This document shows positions 18,844-28,395 of a stretch of DNA of 35,918 nt, in pieces. The position numbers and the translations under genes are program-made. Every line of letters begins with the position of its first letter. The stretch's first letter is position 1. Source of the stretch: Fusobacteriota bacterium. GTDB taxonomy: Bacteria > Fusobacteriota > Fusobacteriia > Fusobacteriales > JBNJFI01. The notes beneath the pieces were generated by a model, which saw only the letters and a program-made list of their open reading frames with translations, made no database searches and was not told the DNA's origin. The stretch covers positions 1 to 35,918 of the forward strand of contig JBNJFI010000010.1 in NCBI GenBank assembly GCA_051746725.1. The letters run 5' to 3'.

Positions 18844-20532
18844 TTACAGATATTTAGGAATTTTTAAGGTTATGCTAGTTCCCTCTTTAAGCTCACTTTG
18901 AATATCTATCGTTCCTTTATGCTGATTTATAACTTCCTTTACTATAGATAAACCTAAACCTGTACTGGCTAAAATATTTCTAGATTTATCTACTCTATAA
19001 AATCTTTCAAATATTTTACTTAGTTCTCCTTGAGAGATTCCAATCCCATTATCACTTATTTTAAATATATAATTTCTATTATCTTCAGTTATAGATATTT
19101 TTATTTCTGCTTTTTTGCTGTTATTATAATGAATTCCATTTTCCAATATGTTTTTTAATACTGTTTGTATTTTTTTCTTATCTATTTTTATGTAGTTTTC
19201 CCGTAACTTTATCTCTTTTTTGATTTTTACATCATTTTTCTGTATTAAAATTGATAGATCTTCAAATACTTCCTTTAAAAGAACTTCTACTTCAACAGGA
19301 TAGATATTTAAAATCTTTGAATTCTCTATCTTAGATATATTTAAAAAGTCTTCTAATAAGTTTTCCATTTTTTTTATATTTCTATCTATTATAGACATAA
19401 ACTTCTCGCTGTTTTCACTAGAAATTTCCTCTTCAAGAGCTACTAAATAACCTTTTATATTGGTTAATGGCGTCTTTAACTCATGTGATACATCACTTAT
19501 AAACCTTTTTTGCAAAATTCTTAAATGTTTATATTTAGTTATGTCTTCTAAAATAACTATATAAAGATCCTGATCCTTTATTAGTTTTCCTTTTGCAAAG
19601 TAATATTTTTCTGTTTCAGGAATATATATCTCCTGAGAGTAATTAATTTTACTTGAGATTAACTTTTCTAAATATTTTCTCAAACTACCTGACTTTACTT
19701 TGGCTTTATAATCATCGTAAAGAGTGTTAGATAAAAATTCCTGTTTTGCTTTATCGTTATAGAGAATTACCTCTCCTGATTTTTTTAAAGATATAATCCC
19801 TGAATCCATGGAAGAAACTATTTTTTTGAGTTTATTTTTTTCTATTCTTAAATCTTCTGTAGCTTTAAGTCTTTGTTCTGCATTTTTCTTTACCTCTTCC
19901 CACACCTCTTTTAATTCCGGAGTGTCTTCTAAATATAAATCTATAACAGAATCTTTTTTGCTATTTCTTATCTTTTCTTTAATTCTTTTTAATCTAGACA
20001 TATATTTATTTTTTATATATAAATATATTAAAATCAATATAATATTAAATGTTAAAATTAAAATTCCCCAGTTTGTTACATGTTCTATCAAAGATCTTCT
20101 AATATCTTTATAAGCTCTAGAAACTCTTACCACTAAATCATTAGTTGCAGGTAAAGAATAATATATAAGATATTCATTTATTGTGTTACTGTATCGTAAT
20201 ATAAATCCTTCTTCTCCTTTATAAGACTTTTGAACTTCTTTTCTATATTTATGAGAGTCCATACTCTCTTCGTCGCCCTCTTTTTTATTATCATACAAAA
20301 CTTGTCCTTTTTGATCAATTATTGTTACTCTGTTTTCAACAGAATCTAATAAGACAGACAGTTCATCAATATTATTTTTATCTAAATAATGATTTATGAC
20401 TAAAGCTTGATCCCTTAGATTCCCCTTTACTGTTTGTAAAACAAAATTTTTATATTGTTTGTATATTGCACTTAAAAATAGAGCTTGTAATATAATTAAG
20501 CTTATTATTATTAATCGTCGTATTCCCTTAAT
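18844..20532 (-). CDS. phoR: Phosphate regulon sensor histidine kinase PhoR (start codon non-canonical or uncertain)
   Basis: H-box SDVSHELKTPLT, N-box NILENGIHY, G1 DNGIG, FERFYRVDKSR and G2 TGLGL. The frame stays open 78 codons upstream of the TTG at 20298, encoding TM1 and RVTIIDQKGQVLYD. Confidence 0.88.
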   Translation of the reverse strand: MKGIRRLIIISLIILQALFLSAIYKQYKNFVLQTVKGNLRDQALVINHYLDKNNIDELSVLLDSVENRVTIIDQKGQVLYDNKKEGDEESMDSHKYRKEVQKSYKGEEGFILRYSNTINEYLIYYSLPATNDLVVRVSRAYKDIRRSLIEHVTNWGILILTFNIILILIYLYIKNKYMSRLKRIKEKIRNSKKDSVIDLYLEDTPELKEVWEEVKKNAEQRLKATEDLRIEKNKLKKIVSSMDSGIISLKKSGEVILYNDKAKQEFLSNTLYDDYKAKVKSGSLRKYLEKLISSKINYSQEIYIPETEKYYFAKGKLIKDQDLYIVILEDITKYKHLRILQKRFISDVSHELKTPLTNIKGYLVALEEEISSENSEKFMSIIDRNIKKMENLLEDFLNISKIENSKILNIYPVEVEVLLKEVFEDLSILIQKNDVKIKKEIKLRENYIKIDKKKIQTVLKNILENGIHYNNSKKAEIKISITEDNRNYIFKISDNGIGISQGELSKIFERFYRVDKSRNILASTGLGLSIVKEVINQHKGTIDIQSELKEGTSITLKIPKYL

Positions 20533-21191
20533 TTATATCCTACCCCTTTCACTGTAACTATATCTTCCTTTATAGATGAAAGTTTCTCTCTTAATTTACT
20601 CATATATACGTCAACTGTTCTATCCCCTTCATAATACTCGCTCCCCCACACTTTTGTTAAAATTTTATTTCGAGTCAATACTGTCCCTTTATTTTTCAAA
20701 AGAAATAGAAACGTATCAAACTCTTTTTTGGATAGTTTTCTTTCTTTTCCTGATTCTGTAACGGTATATTTTAAAAGATTGACCTGGATATTCTTATAAT
20801 TATATATATTCATTGTTTCCTTTTTATATCTAGTTAAAAATCTTTTTATCCTTGCCATTAGTTCCCTTGGGTTAAAGGGTTTTTTTATATAATCATCTGC
20901 TCCAGCCTCAAAACCCTTTAACACATCCTCACTATCTACTTTAGCAGTTAACATTAATATAATAGGATCACCATATTTAGCAGAATCACTTCGCACTATT
21001 TTACAAAGATCAATCCCTGTTATCTGAGGTAACATTAAATCCAATAATATAAGATCTGGTTTATCTTTTTTGATAACTTTCAATCCCTCTAACCCATTTT
21101 TAGCAGTTACAAAATCATAGTTTTCTTTATTTAAAAAAAATTTTATCAGATCTCTGATCTCTTCATCGTCTTCTATGACTGCTATTTTCAT
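20511..21191 (-). CDS. phoB: OmpR/PhoB-family response regulator of the phosphate regulon
   Basis: IEDD, LLDLMLP, GADDYIKKPF, RTVDVYMSKLREKL and TVKGVGY motifs. ATG at 21191 follows SD AAGGAG; lies in the pst locus. Confidence 0.9.
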   Translation of the reverse strand: MKIAVIEDDEEIRDLIKFFLNKENYDFVTAKNGLEGLKVIKKDKPDLILLDLMLPQITGIDLCKIVRSDSAKYGDPIILMLTAKVDSEDVLKGFEAGADDYIKKPFNPRELMARIKRFLTRYKKETMNIYNYKNIQVNLLKYTVTESGKERKLSKKEFDTFLFLLKNKGTVLTRNKILTKVWGSEYYEGDRTVDVYMSKLREKLSSIKEDIVTVKGVGYKLREYDD

Positions 21192-21192
21192 A

Positions 21193-21912
21193 TTAATTCT
21201 CCTTTTTATTATCATCCTTTTTATTATTTAATCCTTTATCAAATCCTGCGTGTCTTATATCTTTTCCTCTTTCTATATATAAATAGTCTTCTGATAAATT
21301 TTTAGTTTGATCAGCTATTCTCTCTAGATTTTTGGCTATTATTATTTTTTCAACGTTTATCTCAACTTTTGAATCTTCTTTTTTCATATCATTTGTTGCT
21401 TCTTCTATTATAGAAGTTTGCATTTCATTTATTTCTTCATCTAAACTCAAAACCAAATAGCATTTATCTATGTCTCTGTTTAAAAAAGAGTTTAAAAATA
21501 TTCCATACATTTCATAGACTTTTTTGGCCATTATATATAATCTTTTAAAATCACCATCAATTTCTTCAAATTTTCCAGATTTAATTCCTCTATGTATTCC
21601 CCTGGAAATTCCTACACAAAGGTCTCCAATTCTTTCTAATTCTACAGTCATTCTAGATATACCAATTAAAAATCTCAAATCATATGCAGCTGGTTGATAT
21701 CTAGCAATAGTTTCAACTATTTCCGTATCAATTTTTACTTCAAAATTATTTAGGTCATCTTCAATAGCTTTTCCTTCACCATATATTTTTTTATCAACCT
21801 CACCGAGTTTTAACATATTTAATATTATTTCTATAAACCTATTTGAATCTTTTAACATATTTATAACTTCAGAATTTATATCTTTCATTTTATCATGCAA
21901 CTGTTTTTTCAC
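21193..21912 (-). CDS. phoU: Phosphate signalling protein PhoU
   Basis: IARYQPAAYDLR, ELERIGD and NLERIADQTKN repeats. GTG start after AGGAGG. Confidence 0.92.
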   Translation of the reverse strand: MKKQLHDKMKDINSEVINMLKDSNRFIEIILNMLKLGEVDKKIYGEGKAIEDDLNNFEVKIDTEIVETIARYQPAAYDLRFLIGISRMTVELERIGDLCVGISRGIHRGIKSGKFEEIDGDFKRLYIMAKKVYEMYGIFLNSFLNRDIDKCYLVLSLDEEINEMQTSIIEEATNDMKKEDSKVEINVEKIIIAKNLERIADQTKNLSEDYLYIERGKDIRHAGFDKGLNNKKDDNKKEN

Positions 21913-21948
21913 TTTAGCCTCCTTTTAATATATCTAATTTTACATTAT

Positions 21949-21977
21949 ATTATATTAAAAATCAATTTTCTTTTCAA
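21949..21977 (-). promoter_or_regulatory. Possible internal promoter for phoU-phoB-phoR
   Basis: TTGAAA-N17-TATAAT in the pstB-phoU gap. The AT-rich context lowers specificity. Confidence 0.45.
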
Positions 21978-22010
21978 TATAATTCCTTAATGACTTATTT
22001 AGTTTTGTTT

Positions 22011-22769
22011 TTATCCGAATTTCCCAGTTATATAATCTTCTGTTTTTTGTTTATCTGGATTTGTAAATATTTTTTCTGTCCCATTAAACTCTTCCACTAC
22101 TCCATTATAGAAAAATGCTGTATAATCCGATACCCTTGCTGCTTGTTGCATATTATGAGTTACTATTATTATAGTATATTCTTCTTTTAATTCTCTGATC
22201 AATTCTTCTATTTTAGAAGTCGAAAGTGGATCTAAAGCAGAAGTTGGTTCATCCATTAAAAGTATTTCTGGTTTTATGGCTATAGCTCTTGCTATGCATA
22301 GCCTTTGTTGCTGTCCCCCAGAAAGACTTAATGCAGATTGATGTAATTTATCTTTTACCTCTTTCCAAAGCCCTACATCTTTCAAACTTTTTTCTACTAT
22401 TCTTGAAAGTTCATCTTTGTCTTTTTCACCATGCACCTTCGATCCATAAGCTATATTTTCAAATATTGTTTTTGGAAATGGATTTGGTTTTTGAAAAACC
22501 ATTCCAACTTTTTTTCTCAATTCCACTACATCTAAATTACTGTTATATATATCCTGACCATCTAATAGAATCTCCCCTTCTACTTTAGCTTCAGGTATAA
22601 AATCATTCATTCTATTTAAAATTTTAAGATATGTTGATTTCCCACAACCAGAAGGTCCTATTATTGCAGTTACTTTGTTTGTTTCTATCTCCATAGATAC
22701 ATCATATAAAGCTTGAAAATTTCCATAATAAAAATTTAAATCATTAACTTCTAACCTTGTCTTTTTCAT
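22011..22769 (-). CDS. pstB: Phosphate ABC transporter ATP-binding protein
   Basis: [49 protein letters not shown] and YITGKFG. Confidence 0.97.
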   Translation of the reverse strand: MKKTRLEVNDLNFYYGNFQALYDVSMEIETNKVTAIIGPSGCGKSTYLKILNRMNDFIPEAKVEGEILLDGQDIYNSNLDVVELRKKVGMVFQKPNPFPKTIFENIAYGSKVHGEKDKDELSRIVEKSLKDVGLWKEVKDKLHQSALSLSGGQQQRLCIARAIAIKPEILLMDEPTSALDPLSTSKIEELIRELKEEYTIIIVTHNMQQAARVSDYTAFFYNGVVEEFNGTEKIFTNPDKQKTEDYITGKFG

Positions 22770-22800
22770 CTAATCCTCCTATTTTTATAAATAAAAACTT

Positions 22801-23664
22801 TTAATTATTATCTTTTTGATATTTATTTCTAAGAAATATTGCTAATCCATTTGCCGTTAAAAGCAATACCATTAATATTAAAATCCCTGCTGCTGCTACA
22901 TTTTGAAAAGCTTCTTGAGGTCTTGAAGTCCAATTATATATTTGAATTGGAAGTACTGTAAATTTATCAAATGCATTTCTTGGAAAAAATGGAACATATG
23001 CTGCTGCTCCTACTACAATTAATGGAGCTGCTTCTCCCATTCCCCTAGATAAAGCCAAAATGGTACCTGTTAGTATTCCTGGCATAGCATATGGAATTAC
23101 TACACATATTATCATTTGCCATTTTGTCATCCCTAAAGCATATGCTCCTGCTTTTGAACTATGCGGAACAGCCTTAATAGCTTCTCTAGATGAAACTATA
23201 ATTATTGGTAATATAAGTAGTGATAATGTCAAAGCACCTGATAAAATGCTTCTTCCTAATCCTAGAACTTGTACGAATATTCCTAATCCCAGCATTCCAT
23301 AAACTATAGAAGGTACCCCAGCTAAGTTTGCTATATTTAATTCTAGAAGTTTAAAAAATTTAGATTTTTTATTTGAATATTCTTCTAAATATATTGCTGT
23401 TCCAACACCAATTGGAAAAGATATTATAGCTGTTAATAAAACTATCCATATACTTCCAACTAGGGCTGAAGATATCCCTGCTTTTTTGGGAAATCTCGAT
23501 GGAAAATTCGTTAAAAAGTTCCAATTTATCCAACCTAATCCCTTTCTAAGCATATCCCCTAATAAAACTATTAAAATTATTATTCCAAAAGCTGTAAACA
23601 TAAATAATAATTTTTCAAATAGAGAATTTAATATTTTCCTTTTTTGCAATGCTTTTTTATCCAT
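22801..23664 (-). CDS. pstA: Phosphate ABC transporter permease
   Basis: AIYLEEY, NIANLAGVPSIVYG, SRGMGEAAPL and LPIQIYNW. Confidence 0.95.
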   Translation of the reverse strand: MDKKALQKRKILNSLFEKLLFMFTAFGIIILIVLLGDMLRKGLGWINWNFLTNFPSRFPKKAGISSALVGSIWIVLLTAIISFPIGVGTAIYLEEYSNKKSKFFKLLELNIANLAGVPSIVYGMLGLGIFVQVLGLGRSILSGALTLSLLILPIIIVSSREAIKAVPHSSKAGAYALGMTKWQMIICVVIPYAMPGILTGTILALSRGMGEAAPLIVVGAAAYVPFFPRNAFDKFTVLPIQIYNWTSRPQEAFQNVAAAGILILMVLLLTANGLAIFLRNKYQKDNN

Positions 23665-23665
23665 A

Positions 23666-24565
23666 TTAATACTCCTCTCTATATTTATTTACTATGATAT
23701 TTGCTATTATATTCATTATAAAAGTTATTATAAATAATAAGAGTCCTACTCCAAATAAAGTTCTATATTCTATAGACCCATGTGGTATATCTCCTAAACT
23801 TACATTAACCATAAATCCTGTCATTGTTTGTATTGTTTTTAATGGATTAAAGTTAAGTGACGGATTTGCCCCAGCTGCTATTGCAACTATCATTGTTTCC
23901 CCAATTGCTCTAGATAATGCTAAAATAAAAGATGAAACTATTCCTGATAAAGCTGCTGGTAAGACAACTTTTGTTGATACTTCAAAAGTTGTACTTCCTA
24001 AACCATATGCACCATCTCTCATTGCATCTGGCACAGCTCTCATTGCATCTTCACTTAAAGAAGATACCATTGGTATTGTCATTATTCCAACTGCTATTCC
24101 TGCACTTAAAGCATTAAAAACTTCGACACCGTCTATAAAACTTCTTAAAAAAGGTGTTATAAATGTCAATGCAAAAAATCCATATACTATAGATGGAATT
24201 CCAGCCAAAATTTCTAATATTGGTTTAACTATCTTTCTTACTCTTTTAGAAGCATATTCGCTTAAGTATATTGCTGCTCCTAACCCTATGGGTATAGATA
24301 TAACTCCTGATATCAAAGCTATCATCAATGTTCCTGTTAAAAGAGGGACCACACCAAAGCTTTGTGGTTTTATTACAGGGCTCCAAAGAGTTCCAGTTAA
24401 AAACTCTATTATAGAAACCTCTTTAAATAAAGTATAACTTTCTGAAAACAGAATAAATACTATTGATATTGTTGTTATAATTGAGATACTCGAAACTACT
24501 AATAGAGACCTTTTAATTAACTTTTCTATTAAATAGGCTCTACGAATTCTTTTTTTCTTGTCCAT
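23666..24565 (-). CDS. pstC: Phosphate ABC transporter permease
   Basis: AIYLSEYA, EILAGIPSIVYG, SLSEDAMRAVP and SRAIGETMIV. Confidence 0.95.
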   Translation of the reverse strand: MDKKKRIRRAYLIEKLIKRSLLVVSSISIITTISIVFILFSESYTLFKEVSIIEFLTGTLWSPVIKPQSFGVVPLLTGTLMIALISGVISIPIGLGAAIYLSEYASKRVRKIVKPILEILAGIPSIVYGFFALTFITPFLRSFIDGVEVFNALSAGIAVGIMTIPMVSSLSEDAMRAVPDAMRDGAYGLGSTTFEVSTKVVLPAALSGIVSSFILALSRAIGETMIVAIAAGANPSLNFNPLKTIQTMTGFMVNVSLGDIPHGSIEYRTLFGVGLLLFIITFIMNIIANIIVNKYREEY

Positions 24566-24659
24566 CTATTCCTCCTTATATTTTAAATATTACAAATTAC
24601 TCTTTCCAGAGTATAATTTATCATTATCAAAAATAACATTTTAGTTTTGATAATAATAA

Positions 24660-24686
24660 ATTAAGCCTCCATAATAGAGGCTTAAT
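24660..24686 (-). terminator. Hairpin between pstS and pstC (terminator or mRNA stabiliser)
   Basis: ATTAAGCCTC-N7-GAGGCTTAAT. Confidence 0.6.
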
Positions 24687-24711
24687 CTATTTTATAGTTT
24701 TAAGTTACGAT

Positions 24712-25662
24712 TTATTTTAGACCTAATTCTTCTATTTGTTTTTTATATAATCTTTCTGGTAATGCAACATACCCTGTCTCTGGAACTATTTCCCCTGCAT
24801 TTTCAAGCCAGAATTTTACAAATGCTGCTACTTCTTCTTTTTCATCTATAGATTTATGTTTTACATATGTAAATATCGGTCTTGCCAAAGGTTTGTATTC
24901 ATTTGAAGCTATTGTTTCTGCATTAGGAGTTACAGGTCCAACTCCATTATCTACTGGTATTATTTTAAGAGTGTCTTGATTTTCATAGTAGTATGCATAA
25001 CCAAAGAATCCTAAAGCATACTTACTTCCTTTTATACCCTGTACTAATATGTTGTCATCTTCACTAGGAGTATAATCGCTTCTTATATTTCCACCTTCAC
25101 CGTTTATAGCTTTTGTAAAGTAATCAAATGTCCCTGAATCTGGTCCAGGACCATATAATTTTATCTCTTCTCTAGGCCACTCAGGTCTTACATCAGACCA
25201 ATATGTTACATTACTTCCTGATTTCCATATTCTATTTAATTCTTCAACTGTTAAGTGATCTACAAAGTCATTATCTGCATTACCTACAACTGATAAACCA
25301 TCATATGCCACTATTACTTCTGTAAATTCTATACCATTTTCTTTAGCTTTTTTTGCTTCTGAATCTTTTATTGATCTTGAAGCATTACTCATATCTGTTG
25401 TTCCCACTGTAAATTTCTTGAATCCTCCACCTGATCCCGATACACCTATTGATAATCTAACATCTGGATGTTCTTTTCTAAATTCCTCTGCTACTGCTTC
25501 AGCTATTGGGTATACTGTTGAAGATCCATCAATTACCAAATTTCCGCTTAAACCATCATTTTTTTTATTACCACCTTTGAAAAAATCAAAAATACCTGCC
25601 TGTACTGTAAGACTACTTACAATTAAAACCACCATTACAATTAATGCTCTTTTCTTTTTCAT
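24712..25662 (-). CDS. pstS: Phosphate-binding protein PstS
   Basis: IDGSSTVYP, SGSGGGFKKF, NASR, DSGTFDYF and Y.PLARPIF motifs. ATG at 25662 after SD GAGGAGG. Signal peptide ends VQA with no lipobox Cys. Confidence 0.95.
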   Translation of the reverse strand: MKKKRALIVMVVLIVSSLTVQAGIFDFFKGGNKKNDGLSGNLVIDGSSTVYPIAEAVAEEFRKEHPDVRLSIGVSGSGGGFKKFTVGTTDMSNASRSIKDSEAKKAKENGIEFTEVIVAYDGLSVVGNADNDFVDHLTVEELNRIWKSGSNVTYWSDVRPEWPREEIKLYGPGPDSGTFDYFTKAINGEGGNIRSDYTPSEDDNILVQGIKGSKYALGFFGYAYYYENQDTLKIIPVDNGVGPVTPNAETIASNEYKPLARPIFTYVKHKSIDEKEEVAAFVKFWLENAGEIVPETGYVALPERLYKKQIEELGLK

Positions 25663-25716
25663 TCTTTTCCTCCTCGATTTTTTTAAGTTTTTATTGCTTT
25701 TCTTAAATCTAAAAAT

Positions 25717-25770
25717 ATTATAACACCTCAAAGTTAATTTTCGATTAATTCTATGTAAAAACTATGTAAA
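25717..25770 (-). promoter_or_regulatory. pstS promoter with four-repeat Pho box
   Basis: Minus strand TTTACA, TTTACA, TTAATC, TTAACT at exact 11-bp period (25765, 25754, 25743, 25732), followed by extended -10 TGTTATAAT. Confidence 0.8.
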
Positions 25771-25867
25771 CAAATTTTTTTGATTTAAGTTTTCAAGAAT
25801 AACTTTTTTTAGAGAGTAATAATGGGTAATTTAAGTTATTAACTTAAATTGTATTATTCTAATATGT

Positions 25868-25896
25868 TTGATTTTTTATCTATTAGATGTTATAAT
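25868..25896 (+). promoter_or_regulatory. Sigma70 promoter of the folA operon
   Basis: TTGATT-N17-TATAAT with extended -10 TG. Confidence 0.65.
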
Positions 25897-25916
25897 GCTA
25901 CTTGTAGAGGTGAGAA

Positions 25917-26417
25917 ATGGTTAAAAATAACATAGAAATGATAGCAGCCATGGGGAAAAATAGGGTTATAGGAAAAGATAACTCCATGCCCTGGGATATT
26001 CCAGGAGACTTGAAACATTTTAAATCTATTACTCTAAATCATAGAGTAGTCATGGGAAAAAATACATACCAGTCAATTGGTAAGCCTTTAGTAAATAGAG
26101 AAAATATTATTTTGAGTCGAAGTAGAAATTTTCAAAGAGGAGAAAAAAACATTAAAGTTTATAACTCTATTAATAGAGTTATAAAAGAATCTAATAATAA
26201 AAAAACATTTATCATTGGTGGAGAAAACATTTATAAGCAATTTCTAAATTATTGCTCTAAAATTCATCTTACATTAATAGATAAGAATATTCCTGGAGAT
26301 AAATTTTTCCCAGTTTTAGATGATAAAATTTGGAAACTAGTAGATAAATCTCCCCAAAATAACTATAAAGAATATAGTTATTTTTTTTTAACTTACAATA
26401 GAAGAGAGGGATCATGA
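25917..26417 (+). CDS. folA: Dihydrofolate reductase
   Basis: IAAMGKNRVIG, MPWDIPGDLKHFK, VVMGKNTY, LVNRENIILS, IIGGENIY and GDKFFP. Confidence 0.95.
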   Translation: MVKNNIEMIAAMGKNRVIGKDNSMPWDIPGDLKHFKSITLNHRVVMGKNTYQSIGKPLVNRENIILSRSRNFQRGEKNIKVYNSINRVIKESNNKKTFIIGGENIYKQFLNYCSKIHLTLIDKNIPGDKFFPVLDDKIWKLVDKSPQNNYKEYSYFFLTYNRREGS

Positions 26418-27151
26418 AAAAGCTAATAAAATTAAACTCAATTTCAGTGGCATATGATGAGGAAGAAGTTTTGAAAAATATCAATTTAGAAGTTAACAAA
26501 AATGATTTTATTGGAATAATTGGACCTAATGGCGGTGGAAAAACTACCTTGATTAAAACTATTTTAGGATTACTAGATCCTATAAGTGGTTCCATTGATG
26601 GAATAGATAATGTTACGTTTGGATATTTACCGCAAATCAATATGTCCAATAAAAAATTTCCAATAACTGTTTTAGAAGTGGTTTTATCAGGATTAATATC
26701 TAATAAAACATTTTTTAAACGTTTTTCAAAAGAGGAAAAAAATAAAGCTCTGGAAATATTAGGTGAATTGGGATTAGATAACAAAAAAGATGATATCATC
26801 GACAATTTATCTGGAGGACAAAAGCAAAAAGCTTTTTTAGCAAGAGCTATTATTTCTGATCCAGACATTTTAATCTTAGACGAACCAAATACTTTTGTAG
26901 ATAAAAAGTCTCAAGGAGAGCTTTATAATAATTTAGAAAAACTCAATAAAAAAATGGCTATATTATTGGTATCACATGATTTAGGAGTAATTCCACAAAT
27001 GGTTAAAAGTATCGCTTGTGTTAATACTACACTTTGTCATCATAAATCTAATAAAATTGACAAAGAAATTTTAAGTCAATATAATTGTCCTGTGGATCTA
27101 ATAACCCATGGAGAGATACCTCACAGAGTTTTACAAATTCACAATGATTAA
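26414..27151 (+). CDS. znuC: Zn/Mn-type metal ABC transporter ATP-binding protein (ZnuC-like)
   Basis: GPNGGGKTT, GYLPQ, FPITVLEVV, LSGGQ, LVSHDL and a His/Cys tail (CPVDLITHGEIPHRVL). ATGA overlap with folA. Confidence 0.85.
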   Translation: MKKLIKLNSISVAYDEEEVLKNINLEVNKNDFIGIIGPNGGGKTTLIKTILGLLDPISGSIDGIDNVTFGYLPQINMSNKKFPITVLEVVLSGLISNKTFFKRFSKEEKNKALEILGELGLDNKKDDIIDNLSGGQKQKAFLARAIISDPDILILDEPNTFVDKKSQGELYNNLEKLNKKMAILLVSHDLGVIPQMVKSIACVNTTLCHHKSNKIDKEILSQYNCPVDLITHGEIPHRVLQIHND

Positions 27152-27183
27152 CAACATACTAACATATTATACGAGGAGGAGTA

Positions 27184-28395
27184 ATGCCAAAAGTGAAAAT
27201 TAGTGTCAAAAACCTTTATAAGGTTTTTGGTAAAAAGCCAAAGAAGGCTCTAAAATATGTTAAAGAAGGAATGGAAAAAGATGAAGTATTAAGGGAAACA
27301 GGTCATACCGTTGGAATTAATAATGCTTCATTCGATGTTTACGAAGGAGAAACTTTAGTTTTAATGGGGCTTTCTGGAAGTGGTAAGTCGACTGTTTTAA
27401 GATGTTTAAATAAGTTAATTGAACCAACTGATGGAAAAGTTACAATTGATGATGAAAGTGTCTTAGATGCTTCAAAATCAGAACTAAGAGAAATCAGAAG
27501 AAAAAAATATGGAATGGTTTTCCAAAATTTTGCACTATTACCACATAAAACTGTTCAAGAAAATGCAGAATTTGGCTTGGAAATACAAGGTATCGATGAA
27601 GCTAAAAGAGCAAAAAAGGCTGCAGATGCTTTAAAATTAGTTGGTCTTGGAGGTTATGAGACTTCATATCCAGATGAATTAAGTGGAGGTATGCAACAAA
27701 GAGTTGGACTAGCTAGAGCTTTAGCAAATGATCCGGATGTACTACTGATGGATGAGGCTTTTAGTGCATTGGATCCATTGATTAGGTCTGATATGCAAGA
27801 TGAGCTGTTGGAGCTAAATGAAGATATGCATAAAACTATTGTTTTTATAACCCACGATTTAGATGAAGCTTTAAAAATGGGAGATAGAATTGTTTTAATG
27901 AAAGATGGGAAAGTAGTTCAAATAGGTACACCTGAACAGATTTTGACTGAGCCAGCAACTGAATATGTTGAAAAATTTGTAGAAGCAGTAGATGTTACAA
28001 AAGTTTTAACAGCTCAAGATGTTATGATCAGAAAACCTAAAACTGCATTTTTAGATGATGGACCAGTTACTGCACTTCATAAAATAAGAGAATTAGGAGA
28101 ACCTGGAATTTTCGTTGTAAATAAAAAACGAAAACTTTTAGGTTATGTTACTGCAAAGGAAGCAAAAAAAGCAGCTGATTCAAATAAGTACAGTTTAGAT
28201 ACTGTTATGACTACATGTGGTCCAGAAGGGTGCGATGTTCCGGCTGTATATTTAGATGATCCATTGAGAGAAATATTTAATAAAGTTAATGATGCGAATC
28301 AACCAGTTGCCGTTATAGATAAAAATAATAAATTCCACGGTTTAATATTGGAAAGTTCTGTAATAGCCGGTATGGTTGAAGGGAGGGGACAATAA
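27184..28395 (+). CDS. opuAA: Glycine betaine/proline ABC transporter ATP-binding protein with CBS pair (OpuAA/ProV)
   Basis: MGLSGSGKST, LSGGMQQRVGLARAL, LMDEAFSALDPLIR and C-terminal CBS domains. Confidence 0.95.
   Translation: MPKVKISVKNLYKVFGKKPKKALKYVKEGMEKDEVLRETGHTVGINNASFDVYEGETLVLMGLSGSGKSTVLRCLNKLIEPTDGKVTIDDESVLDASKSELREIRRKKYGMVFQNFALLPHKTVQENAEFGLEIQGIDEAKRAKKAADALKLVGLGGYETSYPDELSGGMQQRVGLARALANDPDVLLMDEAFSALDPLIRSDMQDELLELNEDMHKTIVFITHDLDEALKMGDRIVLMKDGKVVQIGTPEQILTEPATEYVEKFVEAVDVTKVLTAQDVMIRKPKTAFLDDGPVTALHKIRELGEPGIFVVNKKRKLLGYVTAKEAKKAADSNKYSLDTVMTTCGPEGCDVPAVYLDDPLREIFNKVNDANQPVAVIDKNNKFHGLILESSVIAGMVEGRGQ

Noticed and set aside
23694..24437. 247-aa plus-strand ORF
   Set aside because: Antisense shadow of pstC with no recognisable motifs.
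26269..26868. 199-aa minus-strand ORF
   Set aside because: Antisense shadow of folA/znuC.
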